Assembly: GCA_963785725.1 (NCBI GenBank) | Contig: CAWAWS010000007.1 | Location: 832,001 to 896,000, forward strand | Direction of reading: 5' to 3' | Source of the DNA: an uncultured delta proteobacterium | GTDB taxonomy: Bacteria; Myxococcota_A; Polyangia; Palsa-1104 | Length of the DNA: 64,000 nucleotides | In this document: piece after piece, positions 12,346 through 24,521 of the stretch | Layout: the number at the start of each line of letters is the position of its first letter | How positions within the stretch are numbered: position 1 is the first letter of the stretch | Translations under genes and position numbers: made by a program | The notes under the pieces: generated by a model | What the model was told of the DNA's origin: nothing | Database searches by the model: none | The model's input: the letters and a program-made list of their open reading frames with translations, nothing else

Positions 12346-13416
12346 TCAGCGCGGGCGGCCGCGGTCATGTTGAATCGGCCACGCGACTTCCGCACCGAGC
12401 GATTTGGCGGCGTGCAACGCCCAGTTGGGATCGTTGAGCAGCCCGCGCGCGAGCAACACGGCGTCGGCGCTGCCGGACGTCACGATCTCGTTGGCCTGCG
12501 TCGCCTCCGTGATCATGCCGACGGCGCCGGTCGCGATGTGCGCGTCCTGTTTGATGGCGCGCGCGAACGGCACTTGATAGCCGGGCCCGACGACGATCTT
12601 GGCGTCGGGCACGATGCCGCCCGACGAGCAGTCGACCAAGTCGACGCCGCGCGCGCGAAACAACCCCGCCAAACGCACGCTCTGCGACAGGTCCCAGCCG
12701 CCCTCGACCCAGTCGGTGGCCGAGATGCGCACGAACAGCGGCCGCTCGTCAGGCCACGCCGCGCGCACGGCCTCGACCACCGCCAGCGGCAGCCGCGTGC
12801 GCCCCTCGAAGTCGCCGCCCCAGGCGTCGCTGCGCCGGTTGGCCAGCGGCGACAGGAACTGGTGCATCAGGTAGCCGTGCGCGAAGTGCAGCTCGATGAC
12901 CTCGAACCCGGCCGCGTCCGCGCGCTTCGTCGCCGCCGTGAACTCGGCGATGACGCGCGCGATGCCGGCCTCGTCGAGCGCCGCCGGCTCGGGATAGGTC
13001 GGCGAAAACGCCAGCGCGCTCGGCGCCCACGGCGTCCAGCCACCGTCGGCGACCGCGACTTTCTGGCCGCCTTGCCAGGGCCGCGCCGTGCTCGCCTTGC
13101 GGCCGGCGTGCGCCAGCTGAATGCCGGGCACGGCGCCGTTGTCGCGGATGAACTGCGCGATGGGCGCCAGCGCCGCCGCGTGCGCGTCGGACCAAATGCC
13201 GAGATCGTGCGCCGTGATGCGCGCGTCGGCGGCGACGGCGGCCGCCTCGGTGAACACCAGCGCCGCGCCACCGACGGCAAAGCGGCCCAGCTGCACGAGG
13301 TGCCACGGCAGCGCCAACCCGTCGCCGGCGCAGGAGTATTGGCACATCGGCGACACCAGCACGCGATGCTTGAGTTGAACCGAGCGAAGGGTGAGCGGAT
13401 CGAACAGCTGGCTCAT
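12346..13416 (-). CDS. NADH:flavin oxidoreductase (old yellow enzyme, YqjM/NamA type)
   Basis: SPMCQYS, GIQLAHAGRKAS, HFAHGYL and RISATDW motifs. Confidence 0.93.
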   Translation of the reverse strand: MSQLFDPLTLRSVQLKHRVLVSPMCQYSCAGDGLALPWHLVQLGRFAVGGAALVFTEAAAVAADARITAHDLGIWSDAHAAALAPIAQFIRDNGAVPGIQLAHAGRKASTARPWQGGQKVAVADGGWTPWAPSALAFSPTYPEPAALDEAGIARVIAEFTAATKRADAAGFEVIELHFAHGYLMHQFLSPLANRRSDAWGGDFEGRTRLPLAVVEAVRAAWPDERPLFVRISATDWVEGGWDLSQSVRLAGLFRARGVDLVDCSSGGIVPDAKIVVGPGYQVPFARAIKQDAHIATGAVGMITEATQANEIVTSGSADAVLLARGLLNDPNWALHAAKSLGAEVAWPIQHDRGRPR

Positions 13417-13496
13417 GTCGGCGAAGCCTCCGAGATGCGAGAGGCTGACATCTTAATGCGCCGAGCGGCGCGCGGCTGCTCAGGTGCGGGCGAAAG

Positions 13497-15088
13497 CTAC
13501 AGGAAGTGAACGCCGAGGCCGACCTGCGCGTCGATGTTGAGGCCGCCTTCGCTCGAGCCGCTGGAGATCGCGCCCAAGATGTTGATGTCGAGGATGAAGG
13601 CCAAGTGCGAGCCGATGTCGTACCAAAGCCCGCCGCCGCCGCCCATGAACACGAGCCCGAGCGGCACCGTGTCGAGGCAGTTCTTGGGATTGCCGCACAC
13701 CGTCTGCAGCGCGACTTTGTGGTTGCCGCCGTTGAACTGATCGGCCGTGTACTTGTCGACGAGCGGCTGCGCTTCCGTGTCGCCGCTCGAGATGTCGACG
13801 TACTGGCGAATCTGCCCGCCGCCGATGTCGAGGTGCACGTACGGATGGAAGCGCCCGTCGAGGAAGCGGTAACGCGCGCGCAAGAAGCCGGCGACCGCGC
13901 CGCCCGCCTTCGACGTCGCGCCCTGCTCGTTGCCGGTGACCTTCTGCGTCTCGGCGTTGCCGCCGGTCACGACCTGGAAGCGCCCGAGCAGCGACAGCGA
14001 GAAATGCGGCGTAATCGAATAGCCGAGCTCGACACCGATGTGGAACGGCGCCACCGCCGCGCCCGTGCTGTTGATCGGCGTCGGCAAATAGACGCCATAT
14101 TGCGACTGATATTGATAGGCGACCTCGGTGTGATTGCCCTTCGGCTGCACGCCGAACCCGAAGCCGGGCATGACGAACAGGAACAGGTGGTCATGCGACG
14201 AATGCTTCTCGTCCTCGCGCTTGCGCTTGACCATCCGTTCGCGCGCCAGCGGATCTTCGAGATCGACCTCGGGCACGTTCTGCGGCAGCGGCGCCGTGTC
14301 GGTGATGAGGATGATGAACGGGTTCATCGCCGAGCCGGCGCCGACGACGGCGCGGCCACGCGCGTCGCGCGCCTCCAAGTAATACTGCAGCGACTTGCCG
14401 ACGACGGCGTCGGGCGGGAATGACCGAGACCCAGTCGACGCCGCTCGTGTTCTTCAGCGGCACCGAGCACGAAGTCTTCCTGCCCCGAGCCGCGGTAAAA
14501 CAGGAAGACGCGCGTCGCGCCCACGTCGCTGCCGAGCTTGGCGCGAATGGGAACCGGCGCGTTGGGCCGCGACTCGTCGACGCCGTTGTGCACGAGGCCG
14601 TGCACTTCGTCGCCCGGCGCCGGCGTCGGCGTCGTTGGCGTCGGCGTGCTCGGCACCGTCGGCTCTTCCGGCGTCTTCGGCTCGACCGGCGCCGACGCGG
14701 CCAGCTGCCGCTTGGCCGCCGCGTAGGCCTCGTCCGTCTCGGGCGTCGCCACCGCCGGATCGACCTTGATCTGCGCGTTGATCTTGAGCGCATTCAAGAA
14801 CTGCTGCTGCCCGCGATTCCGATCTTTGAACCCGTTGATGTAGACGATACCGAGGTTCAAATAGGTCTTCGCCGCCGTGGGCCCGTCGTCGAGCCCGTTC
14901 GAGCGCAGCTTCTCCAGCGCGTCCACCAGCGTGCGCCGCGACGACTCGAACTCGAGCGAGTCGTAGTCGTCCATGGCGCGCTTGTTCATCTTGATGACCT
15001 GTTTTTCGACATCGTCGGCGCGCGCAGGCGTGGCCACCGCGGCGCAAACGAGGACGAGAACGGACACGAATAACGACTGACGGCGCAT
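13497..15088 (-). CDS. Secreted TPR + Ig-like + C-terminal beta-barrel-like protein; two +1 frameshifts (about 14467 and 14413), probably sequencing errors
   Basis: Three ORF pieces join into one protein: ...GSGQEDFV|SVPLKNTSGVDWVSVIPA|DAVVGKSLQYYLEARD...; signal peptide present; ends in amphipathic strands ...GLGVHFL. Confidence 0.75.
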
Positions 15089-15103
15089 CTTCCTACTACC
15101 CCC

Positions 15104-16149
<1,046 letters not shown>

Positions 16150-16150
<1 letters not shown>

Positions 16151-16488
16151 CAGAACGTGCCCGCCGGCATCGGCGCTTTGACCGGCGCGTCTTCGGCGGA
16201 CGAGCGCGTGCGCGCCAAGCGCGTCGCCGCTTGCCCGAAGTCGCGCGCCTTGCCGCCGAAGCGCGCCGCTTCCTCGTAGCGCGCGTAACCGCCCACTTCG
16301 CGCGCCTTGTGCAGGTACTCGACGGCGGCGGTGTATTCGTACGGCGCCAGCTCGGGGGCGCGCGACGCCTTGGCTTCTTGCACCGCCTTGGACGCCTCGA
16401 AGGTCACGACCGTGAGGTATTCGATCGGCCCGCAGCCCGTCGTGAGCACCGTCGTCGTCAGCAGCACTAGAAGCGCTACGGCGCGCAT
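16150..16488 (-). CDS. DUF4398-like helical lipoprotein
   Basis: Lipobox TTGC; ASRAPELAPYEYTAAVEYLHKARE; translationally coupled to the OmpA gene. Confidence 0.75.
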
Positions 16489-16568
16489 ATTCTGGGCGAC
16501 CCTATCACGACGCCCACGCGAGTGCGCGCCCATTAATGACCGGTGTCACCGAGAAATCGCCGAGCCGG

Positions 16569-17135
16569 TCAGGCGCGCGCGCGTTTGCCCTGCTCCCACA
16601 ACGTGAAGCCGACGAGCACGATGGCGATGATGACGCCGGTCGACGTGGCGGCGAGCGCCCAGCCGATCTTGCCTTCACCGACGGAGAGCGCGCGACCGGC
16701 GTGATATTCCTCGTACGTGCCGGCGTGCGCCAAGCGGCTGCGGCAGGCGATGAGCACGACGAGCAACACGACGCCGACGGCCGCGATGGCGCCGTACAAC
16801 AGCTTCTCTTTGCGCGCCCGCGCCAGCGCCCAGCCGCCGAGATAGCCGCCCAGCAGCGTCGCCGCATAGCCGAGAAGCACTAGCACGGTCACGCCCCAGG
16901 GCAGCTTCGCCGGGTCGACGAAATACATCCAGCTCCACGCCGGATGGACGAGCGAGAAATAGAGCGCCACCGGCCAGACGATGATCGCCTCGAACGAGAG
17001 GACAGCCATGAGCTCGCGACCCCACGGCGAGCTGCCGGCGCTGAACTGCAAGCGCGCGCACGCCGCGAACACGAGCCCGACGAAGACGCTGAAGATCAGA
17101 ATCGAACGGGATGGTCGTACCCCTCTCGGGCTCAT
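16569..17135 (-). CDS. Hypothetical multi-pass membrane protein (about 5 TM); start uncertain
   Basis: Hydrophobic C-terminal part of ORF 16569..18410; ATG at 17135 directly follows the GT4 stop. Confidence 0.65.
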   Translation of the reverse strand: MSPRGVRPSRSILIFSVFVGLVFAACARLQFSAGSSPWGRELMAVLSFEAIIVWPVALYFSLVHPAWSWMYFVDPAKLPWGVTVLVLLGYAATLLGGYLGGWALARARKEKLLYGAIAAVGVVLLVVLIACRSRLAHAGTYEEYHAGRALSVGEGKIGWALAATSTGVIIAIVLVGFTLWEQGKRARA

Positions 17136-17136
17136 C

Positions 17137-18696
17137 TTAACCCGAAGAATTTTTGGGACGCAAAGGTCTCGGGATGGTTTTCTCGTCGGCGCCTTCGTCG
17201 GCGAAGCCGAACGTCTGATCGAGCGCGGCTTCCAACGCCTCCAATTCGAGGTAGGTGTTCTCGGCCAGCGGGTCATCGTCGGCGACGACGGGCGGGTCGC
17301 GCACGAGGCCGGCCGGCTCGACGTCGAGCTCGCCGAAGTCGGCGTCCATTTCGATGACGACCTCGCCCGAGATCTCCGGCACCGGCGGCGTCGGCGGCGG
17401 CAAGTCGCCGATGTGGATCTCGCCCGAGCGCTCGCTGGACACGCGCGAGTCGAACATGACCTCGGGCGGCATCGGTCGCCGCGCCGTCGTCGTGTCGGGA
17501 TGCGAGGGCAGGGCGTCGATCGGCGACACCGCCGGCGTCGGCGGCGTCCACGACGACGGCGGCAGGAGCTGCGCGTAGGCCTCGAGCAGCCGCCGTCGCG
17601 TCGCCGACGCCGGATGCGACGCGCGGATGCGATCGTAGCCGGCCTCGGCGATGCGCTCGCGCTCGGCCGGATCGTCGAGCAGCCGGGCGATGGCGCGCGC
17701 CAAATCCGCGTCGTCGCCGGGCGCGAACAGGAGGCCGGTGACGCCGTCCTCGACGAGCTCTTGCACGGCCGGCCGCCGCGGCGCCACGACCGCGCGCCGG
17801 CAGGCCGAATACTCGAGCAGCTTCGTGGGAAAGCTGGCCAGCGGCCGCTCGTCGCTAGGCGCCGACGGCGCCACGCACACCGTCGCCTGCGCGATGACGC
17901 GCGGCATGTCGTCGTGCTCGATGGCGCCGAGGCGCTCGACGTCGCTCTCGTCGAGGCCGGTCTCGAGCCGCGCGTCGTCGAGGATCGCCTGAAAGCCGTC
18001 GTCGATGGCGCCGGCGAGCACGAGCTTGACCGGCCGCTGCTGCTTGACGCGCGCCAACGCCCGCATGAGCAGCCGCACGCCCCGTCCGCCGGCGATCTTG
18101 CCCGAATACAGCACCCGCGGTATCTCGTTGGCCTGCGCGCCCGTGAGCAGCGTCGGCTCCCAGTCGAAGTGGTCGACGTCGACGCCGGGCGGCACGACTT
18201 GCACGCGCTGTCCCAAACCGCGCGCCACCAACGATTCCCGCGCGCTATGGGTCGGCACCAGCACCAAATCGGCCCGCTCCAGGCACAGCTGCTCCTCGGC
18301 GGCCAGCTCCAGCGACAGGCCGGCGTCGGCGGCGCGCGGCTCACCCTCCGTCGAGCGAGCCACTTCGTAGACCAGCTTGCCCGACGCGCCGGCGAGCACC
18401 GCCAGACCACCCCAGGCCGAGCGCAGATGTACGACGTCGTACTCTTCGCCCTCGAGCTGGCGGCGAATGGCGCGGCGAAACATCTCCACCTGCTCGCCCA
18501 AGCTGCCGACGACGGGGACGCGCAGCATCCGCGTCTTCATGAAGCGCTCTTGGAAGGCCATGGTTCCGGCGCGCAAAGTCAGCACATCGACGGAATAACG
18601 CGGCGCCAGCGCCTTCAAGACGTTGACCAATTGGACGCCATGGCGGTCGGGCGCCGGGCAAACGCTGAAAGAAACGATGAGAAGTCGCGAGGACAA
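17137..18696 (-). CDS. Glycosyltransferase family 4 with acidic/Pro-rich C-terminal tail
   Basis: VVPPGVD, FPTKLLEYSAC, LVEDGVTGLLFAPGD. Confidence 0.85.
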   Translation of the reverse strand: MSSRLLIVSFSVCPAPDRHGVQLVNVLKALAPRYSVDVLTLRAGTMAFQERFMKTRMLRVPVVGSLGEQVEMFRRAIRRQLEGEEYDVVHLRSAWGGLAVLAGASGKLVYEVARSTEGEPRAADAGLSLELAAEEQLCLERADLVLVPTHSARESLVARGLGQRVQVVPPGVDVDHFDWEPTLLTGAQANEIPRVLYSGKIAGGRGVRLLMRALARVKQQRPVKLVLAGAIDDGFQAILDDARLETGLDESDVERLGAIEHDDMPRVIAQATVCVAPSAPSDERPLASFPTKLLEYSACRRAVVAPRRPAVQELVEDGVTGLLFAPGDDADLARAIARLLDDPAERERIAEAGYDRIRASHPASATRRRLLEAYAQLLPPSSWTPPTPAVSPIDALPSHPDTTTARRPMPPEVMFDSRVSSERSGEIHIGDLPPPTPPVPEISGEVVIEMDADFGELDVEPAGLVRDPPVVADDDPLAENTYLELEALEAALDQTFGFADEGADEKTIPRPLRPKNSSG

Positions 18697-18771
18697 GTTG
18701 CCGTCCGGCCGAAAATATTATATTAGCAGCAGTTCAAAACCCAACGCGCATCACGAGGGAGGCACCGTCCC

Positions 18772-19026
18772 GTGAAACAGCTCATCCAGTACCTCCTCGA
18801 AAATCTGATTCTCGACTTCCAGGGCGATTTGACGCTCGACATGGTGCGCGATTTCTTGCGCGATGACGAGAGCCGCGAAGGTCGCGCGCTGCTCGGCAAG
18901 CTGGTCGAAGACCGTGGCGTCTCGGACATGATGATCACCCTCGCCGATTGTCTACAGGATTACCTGAAGACCGGTATCAACGACGAGACGCTCCGGGAGC
19001 AGATCCGCACCTACGCCGAGTCGTAG
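18772..19026 (+). CDS. Small acidic helical hypothetical protein
   Basis: GGGAGG RBS before GTG; gene-like codon usage. Confidence 0.7.
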   Translation: MKQLIQYLLENLILDFQGDLTLDMVRDFLRDDESREGRALLGKLVEDRGVSDMMITLADCLQDYLKTGINDETLREQIRTYAES

Positions 19027-19028
19027 GC

Positions 19029-19904
19029 ATGTCCGTACGGCCCGCCGCGTTCGCCGGAGGGTCACTTTTAGTCCTCCTCAGCTCGGCGTGCAGCTATCCG
19101 ACGACGAAAGGGCCGCAATATGGCGGTCCTTCGTCGTCGCCGCTGCAGGTCGTGTTCTCGAGCGATCCCGCGCCCGCCGACGACGGCACCATCGCGCGTG
19201 ACGCGCGGCTCATCCTCACGTTCGACGATTATGTAGATCCCGACTCCGTGTCCTACGGGCCGCTCCTGTTGCGCTCGGGATCGGCGAGCTTCGATTACTC
19301 GGCGACGATCGACTTCGTCGATCGCCAGATCATCGTCACGCCGCGCACGCTCTTGTCGCCGGCGACGCAATACGAGCTGACGGCGACCGATCTGTTGGCG
19401 CTCGACGGCCGGACGCAGCAGGGCCAGGTCGCGTCGTTCTCGTATCAGGTGGGCTTGACGGTCAGCAATACGACGATGCCGCTGCCGAGCTTGACGTGGA
19501 ACGACGATATTCAGCCGATCTTGGGCGAGTGTGCGCCGTTTTGCCATTCGCCGATCGGCGCCTCGGGCGACACGCGCCCGCCGACGCGGCAGCTCGACCT
19601 GACCGGCAACCCGTACGATCCCATCTTCGGCCTCGTCGGCGTCCTCGCGGTCGGCGAGAACGGCACGGCCAATCCGCTGTTACGCGTCGCGCCCGGCGAT
19701 CCGGCGCGCAGCGTCTTGTTGCGCAAGCTCATCGGCGGCGATCCGCACGCCGACTCGCTCGATCCGAGCTACCCCGATCTGGCCGTCGACGGGCGGCGCA
19801 TGCCGATTCCGCTCGACGAGAGCCAGCCGGCGACCGAGGTGCTCGACGACGACGAGCTGCACGCCATCCAAGACTGGATCGCCGGCGGCGCCGCGCTCGA
19901 CTGA
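19029..19904 (+). CDS. Lipoprotein with Ig-like (Big_5) domain and putative c-type cytochrome domain (CX3CH)
   Basis: Lipobox SSAC; LTFDDYVDPDSV...LSPATQYEL; DIQPILGECAPFCH...RMP...IQDWIAGGA. Confidence 0.7.
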   Translation: MSVRPAAFAGGSLLVLLSSACSYPTTKGPQYGGPSSSPLQVVFSSDPAPADDGTIARDARLILTFDDYVDPDSVSYGPLLLRSGSASFDYSATIDFVDRQIIVTPRTLLSPATQYELTATDLLALDGRTQQGQVASFSYQVGLTVSNTTMPLPSLTWNDDIQPILGECAPFCHSPIGASGDTRPPTRQLDLTGNPYDPIFGLVGVLAVGENGTANPLLRVAPGDPARSVLLRKLIGGDPHADSLDPSYPDLAVDGRRMPIPLDESQPATEVLDDDELHAIQDWIAGGAALD

Positions 19905-19935
19905 CTTCGCGTCAGGCCGAGCTGCGGCCGGCCGG

Positions 19936-20605
19936 TCAGCGCGCGTAGGCGGTGCCGCGCGCCGCGGCGTTGGCGGCCGCGAAGCCGCGGTCGAGCAGCG
20001 CCAGAAACGCCGCGCGCGTGACGGCGGCGCGGGATGACCGCTGGCGGCGCAAGGTCTCGCGATAGGCGACGCGCCAGGCGCCGACCAGCAGCGCGGCGAC
20101 CAGCTGCGCGATCGGCTCGCCGGCCGGCGCGCCGACGGTCTCGGCGAGCATGCGGCCGAGGTCGCGCTCCAGCTCGGCGGCGAGCTTGCGCGTATGCGCC
20201 CGCAGCGCCGGGCTGGCGGCCACGACGTTCCAGAAACCGGCGACGACCGGCGTCATCTTGACCAGCTGGTGACGCTGCTCCACCAGCTCGTGGACGAGCG
20301 CGCGCAGGGCCGCCAGCGGCGCTTGGGCGCCGCGCGTGGCCAGCCGGTCGTAGAGGAGCTGCCGCGGCTCGTCGCTGCGGTCGAAGAGCAGAATCCTCCT
20401 TGCGCGCGAAGTAGTTGAACACCGTCATCTTCGCGACGTCGGCGGCGGCCGCGACGTCGTCCACCGTGACATTGTCGAAGCCGCGCTCGCTGAACAGCGC
20501 CGTCGCCACGTTCGAGATCCGCTGCCGCGTCGCTCGCTTCTTGCGCGCGCGCAGGCCGTCGTCGCTGGCGGTCGTCGGGGCAGCTTCGCGGTCGGCTTCG
20601 GCCAT
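19936..20605 (-). CDS. TetR-family regulator; +1 frameshift at about 20392, probably a sequencing error
   Basis: GLRARKKRATR...FSERGFDNVTVDDVAAAADVAKMTVFNYFARKED|LLFDR. Confidence 0.85.
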
Positions 20606-20654
20606 GGCTAATATTAGACCACAAACAAACTTGTACTTGGTACAAAATTGAGCC
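20606..20654. promoter_or_regulatory. Divergent promoter region with putative TetR operator
   Basis: AT-rich 49-bp spacer with inverted repeat TTGTAC-TTG-GTACAA (20631-20645) and palindrome CTAATATTAG (20608-20617). Confidence 0.6.
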
Positions 20655-22227
20655 ATGCTCGGGCGCATGATGCAGCGCTCGGTCGATGACGATGGCTTGG
20701 TCTACGACGTGATCATCGCCGGGGCCGGCCCGGTCGGGCTGTTCCTGGCCTGCGAGCTGCGGCTCGCCAAGCGTTCGGTGCTGGTGCTCGAACAGCTGGA
20801 GGATCCGCGCTCGCCGCTGAAGCGGCTGCCGTTCGGCATGCGCGGGCTGTGGGGGCCGAGCGTCGAGGCCTTCTACCGGCGCGGCCTCGTCGAGCAGATC
20901 GCGTCGCAACGTCGTGACGACGCGAGCGCGCCGCGACCGGGCGCGGTGGCGTCCGATGCGCCGCGCCGCGGGCCGGCCGGCCACTTCGCGGGCATCCAGT
21001 TCGACTACGCCAACATCGATGCGTCGCGGTGGCGTTACCGGCTGGCGGGGCCGGGCGATACGCAGCTGGGCGTCGAAATGGAGCACCTCGAGCGCGTCCT
21101 TGCCGAGCAGGCGCTGTCCGCCGGCGTCGAGATCCGGCGCGGCCATGGCGTCGCCGGCTTCGAGGCTTCAGAGCGACGCGGTCATCGTGCGCGCCGGCGA
21201 GCAGCGCCTTTTTGCGCGCTGGCTCGTGGGCTGCGACGGCGGCCGCAGCACGGTGCGCAAGCAAGCCGGCTTCGAATTCGTCGGGACCGCGCCGGAATTC
21301 ACGGGCTATTCGGTGCAAGTCGACCTCGCCGACCCGGCGCGGCTGCCGCTCGGCCGGCACTACACGCCGACCGGGATGTACACGCAGTGGCAGCCCGGGG
21401 TGCTCGCGATCGCCGACTTCGACGGCGGCGCCTTCCATCGCACGCAGCCGATCACGCGCGAGCACGTGCAAGCGGTCTTGCGCCGCGTCTCCGGCACCGA
21501 CGTGACCTTGAACGCGCTGCACCTCGCGTCGACGTGGACCGACCGTTCGCAGCAAGCCACGACCTATCGCAAAGGACGCGTGCTGCTGGCGGGCGACGCG
21601 GCGCACGTGCACTCACCGCTCGGCGGACAAGGCTTGAACCTCGGGCTCGGCGACGCGATGAACCTCGGGTGGAAGCTGGCCGCCACCCTCCGCGGCGACG
21701 CCCCCGATGGCTTGCTCGACAGCTACACCGCGGAGCGGCATCCGGTCGGCGCGCGCATCCTCGAGTGGACGCGGGCCCAAGTCGCGTCGATGCGACCGGA
21801 CCCACAGGCGCGCGCGCTCCAAGCCGTCCTGCGCGACCTCATCGAGACGCGCGACGGCGCGACCTACTTCGCCGAACGCGTCTGGGGCGTGTCGCTGCGC
21901 TACGATCTCGGCGACGCGCACCCGTTGGTGGGCCGCAGCTGCCCCGACTTCGAGCTGGCCGACGGAACGAGGCTCGGCACGCTGCTCCGCGACGGACAGG
22001 GCGTGCTCTTGGACTTCGGCGCGTCGCTGCAATCGCTCGCCGGCCGCTGGGGCGACCGCGTCAGGTACGTCGCCGGCGACGCCAAGGATCGCCTGGGGCT
22101 GCGCGCGCTGCTGGTGCGTCCTGACGGGTTCGTGGCCTGGGCGAGCGACACGACGGCCGATCCCGAGGCCGTCGCAGGCGCTGCGGCGAAGTGGTTCGCG
22201 AGCCGCGAGCCGCAAGGCCGTCCGTAG
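20655..22227 (+). CDS. FAD-dependent aromatic monooxygenase (Rox/PgaE-like); +1 frameshift at about 21165, probably a sequencing error
   Basis: GAGPVG, LVGCDGGRSTVRK, LAGDAAHVHSPLGGQGLNLG and LVRPDGFVAW split over two frames. Confidence 0.88.
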
Positions 22228-22344
22228 CCGACCCGCGCCGTTCGGCCGCACCTGCTCGTCGCGCCTCCGAATTCACGAAAGCCGGCAACAGATTCGGCAA
22301 TAATGCCGCTGTCTATTTCCACGGTCACGGTGAAGGAGGGAGCG

Positions 22345-23121
22345 ATGAGCAACCACGGTCGCATCGTCTGGCACGACCTGAACACGACGGATTTGCCGCG
22401 TTCGCGCGCGTTCTACAGCGAGCTGTTCGGCTGGAGCGTGAGCGAGCACGGGCAGTGGACCTTCATCGCGCCCGCGGGCGAGACGCAGCACTTCGGCACG
22501 ATGGTCGCGCACGATCCGAAGGGCAACGTCCCGTCGCATTGGGTGCCGTATCTGACGGTGCCCAACCTCGACGCCGCCATCGGCGAAGTGGCGGGCGCGG
22601 GCGGTAAGATCACGGTTCCGAAGACGCCGGCCGGCTCGACCGGGCATTTTTCGTACGCGCTCGATCCGCAGCAGGCCGCGTTCGCGCTCTGGCAATATGC
22701 GCCCGATTCGCCGGGAAAACCCGAGATCGACGGCCCGTCGCCGCCGCTCGGCTACTTCTGTTGGGACGAGCTGTTGACGTCCGATCCCGAAGCCGCGATG
22801 AAGTTTTACGCGCGCGTCGTCGGCTACGAGACCGAGGCGTCGAACGTGCCGGGGATGCAGTACACGCTGTTCTTGCGGCCCGACAAGCGCGCCGACGGCA
22901 CGCGGCGGCAAGGCGCGGGCATGATGAAGCTGCCGCCGGGCGTGCCGCACCCGTTCTGGCTCAGCTACGTCTTGGTCAGCGACTGCGATCGCACGGCCGA
23001 CAAAGCCAAAGCGCTGGGCGCGCAGATCGTCGCCGCGCCGATGAACATCCCCAACGTCGGCCGCATCGCCACGCTGCTCGATCCGACGCACGCCGCCATC
23101 GGCATCATCGCCGCCCAATAA
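22345..23121 (+). CDS. Two-domain VOC/glyoxalase family protein
   Basis: RIVWHDL...FYSELFGW and FCWDELLT...FYARVVGY; GGAGG RBS. Confidence 0.88.
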   Translation: MSNHGRIVWHDLNTTDLPRSRAFYSELFGWSVSEHGQWTFIAPAGETQHFGTMVAHDPKGNVPSHWVPYLTVPNLDAAIGEVAGAGGKITVPKTPAGSTGHFSYALDPQQAAFALWQYAPDSPGKPEIDGPSPPLGYFCWDELLTSDPEAAMKFYARVVGYETEASNVPGMQYTLFLRPDKRADGTRRQGAGMMKLPPGVPHPFWLSYVLVSDCDRTADKAKALGAQIVAAPMNIPNVGRIATLLDPTHAAIGIIAAQ

Positions 23122-23164
23122 TCCCGACTGAATTCGCTGGCGAACCGGAGAAGCGCGCTGCCCG

Positions 23165-24433
23165 CTACGGGCATCCTGCGACTTTGTTGCCTTCGGTGGC
23201 GTAGGTGACGACGAACGTGTAGGGCAGGCAGCTGTTGGCGTTGTCGTAGCCGAAGACCTGGAAGTAGAGGTCGCGATTGTCGGTCGCGCCGCAGGTGCCG
23301 GTCCACGAGTAGCAAATCGACGTCGTCGCCAAGTCGGTCCAGGTGTTGTCGCAGGTGCCGCTCGTGTTGTACTTGATGCGCAGATCGACGCCGCTCGGCG
23401 GGATGACGTCGACGCGCGCGTCGTAGGGCTGGCTCGTGCCCGGGAAGCAGGTGTGCGAGCCTTCGACGAGGTGCGCCTGGAAGACGTCGACGTCCGTCGC
23501 CGGCAGGATGCGATTGGTGGTCAGCGTCGTCACCGCGCCTTCGTTGGTGCTGGTGTATTGGCCGTTGCAGGCGTTGTCGTTCTCGCCCGGATCGACGGTG
23601 CCGTTGGTCTCGCAGCCGTCGTCGGCCGCGGGCGACGCCGGGCGGCTGCAGTCGGAGAACGGGTAGCTGCACGTCGGCGTGCACAAGCCGCTGGTGCAGC
23701 CGAGCGACGCCGTGCCCACCGACGAGCAGGCGCGCGTGCAGCTGCCGCAGGTCGCGGGCGAGCCTTCGATGTCGGTGGTGCAGCCGGCGCCGGGCAGGCC
23801 GTTGCAGTCGGCGAAGCCGCTGGCGCACGACGGGTCGCAGACGCGGATGCTGCCGGTCGACGCGCAGGCGGTCGTGCCGTGTGGGTTGACGCAGACGATG
23901 CCGCAGCCGCTGCAGTTGGTCGACGTCGTCGTGTCGGTCTCGCAGCCGTCGTTGGGCATGCCGTTGCAGTCGCCGTGGGTGCTGTCGCAGGTCGGCTTGC
24001 ACACCCAGTTGGTGCCGTTCGAGACGCAGGCGTTGGTGCCGCCGACCTGCTGGCAGACGCGACCGCAGGCGCCGCAGTTCATCGGCGTGTCGATGGCGGT
24101 CTCGCAGCCGTCGGTGGGATCGTTGTTGCAGTCGGCGGTGTTGGGCGCGCACGCGGGACAGGCGCCGCAATCTTCGGGGCAGGTGCCGCAGTTTTCGCCG
24201 ATCGTCGCCGAGCAGACGTTGTCGCCGCAGACGAGCGTCAGATCGCGCGCCGGCTCCGCCAAGTCGTAGATCGGCGCGACGATCGCCAAGTCCTCGCCGC
24301 CGTTACCGCCGGTGCCGACGAGGCCGTGGCCGAGATCGTCGCCCGAGCCCGGCGACAACGGTTTCGCGCAGCCACCTCCGGCCAGCGCGGCGACGAACAG
24401 GACGCGACACCAGCACTGCACGAGGTGCAACAT
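23165..24433 (-). CDS. Cys-rich repeat surface lipoprotein (myxobacterial type)
   Basis: Lipobox GGGC; repeated ADCNxxPxDGCE...NCGxCGxxC; C-terminal PPC-like domain (TDVDVF). Confidence 0.8.
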   Translation of the reverse strand: MLHLVQCWCRVLFVAALAGGGCAKPLSPGSGDDLGHGLVGTGGNGGEDLAIVAPIYDLAEPARDLTLVCGDNVCSATIGENCGTCPEDCGACPACAPNTADCNNDPTDGCETAIDTPMNCGACGRVCQQVGGTNACVSNGTNWVCKPTCDSTHGDCNGMPNDGCETDTTTSTNCSGCGIVCVNPHGTTACASTGSIRVCDPSCASGFADCNGLPGAGCTTDIEGSPATCGSCTRACSSVGTASLGCTSGLCTPTCSYPFSDCSRPASPAADDGCETNGTVDPGENDNACNGQYTSTNEGAVTTLTTNRILPATDVDVFQAHLVEGSHTCFPGTSQPYDARVDVIPPSGVDLRIKYNTSGTCDNTWTDLATTSICYSWTGTCGATDNRDLYFQVFGYDNANSCLPYTFVVTYATEGNKVAGCP

Positions 24434-24521
24434 ATCACTTTCGGGATCGGTGCGATATTGGGTGTACACACGAGTTTGTAACGGCGGCGCGTCCACAATA
24501 TGGGCGTGCTACGGTGAACGC

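Noticed and set aside
17095..17135. Additional frameshift giving an N-terminus TIPFDLIF for the membrane protein
   Set aside because: The alternative frame has no start codon after the GT4 stop; cannot be supported without homologs
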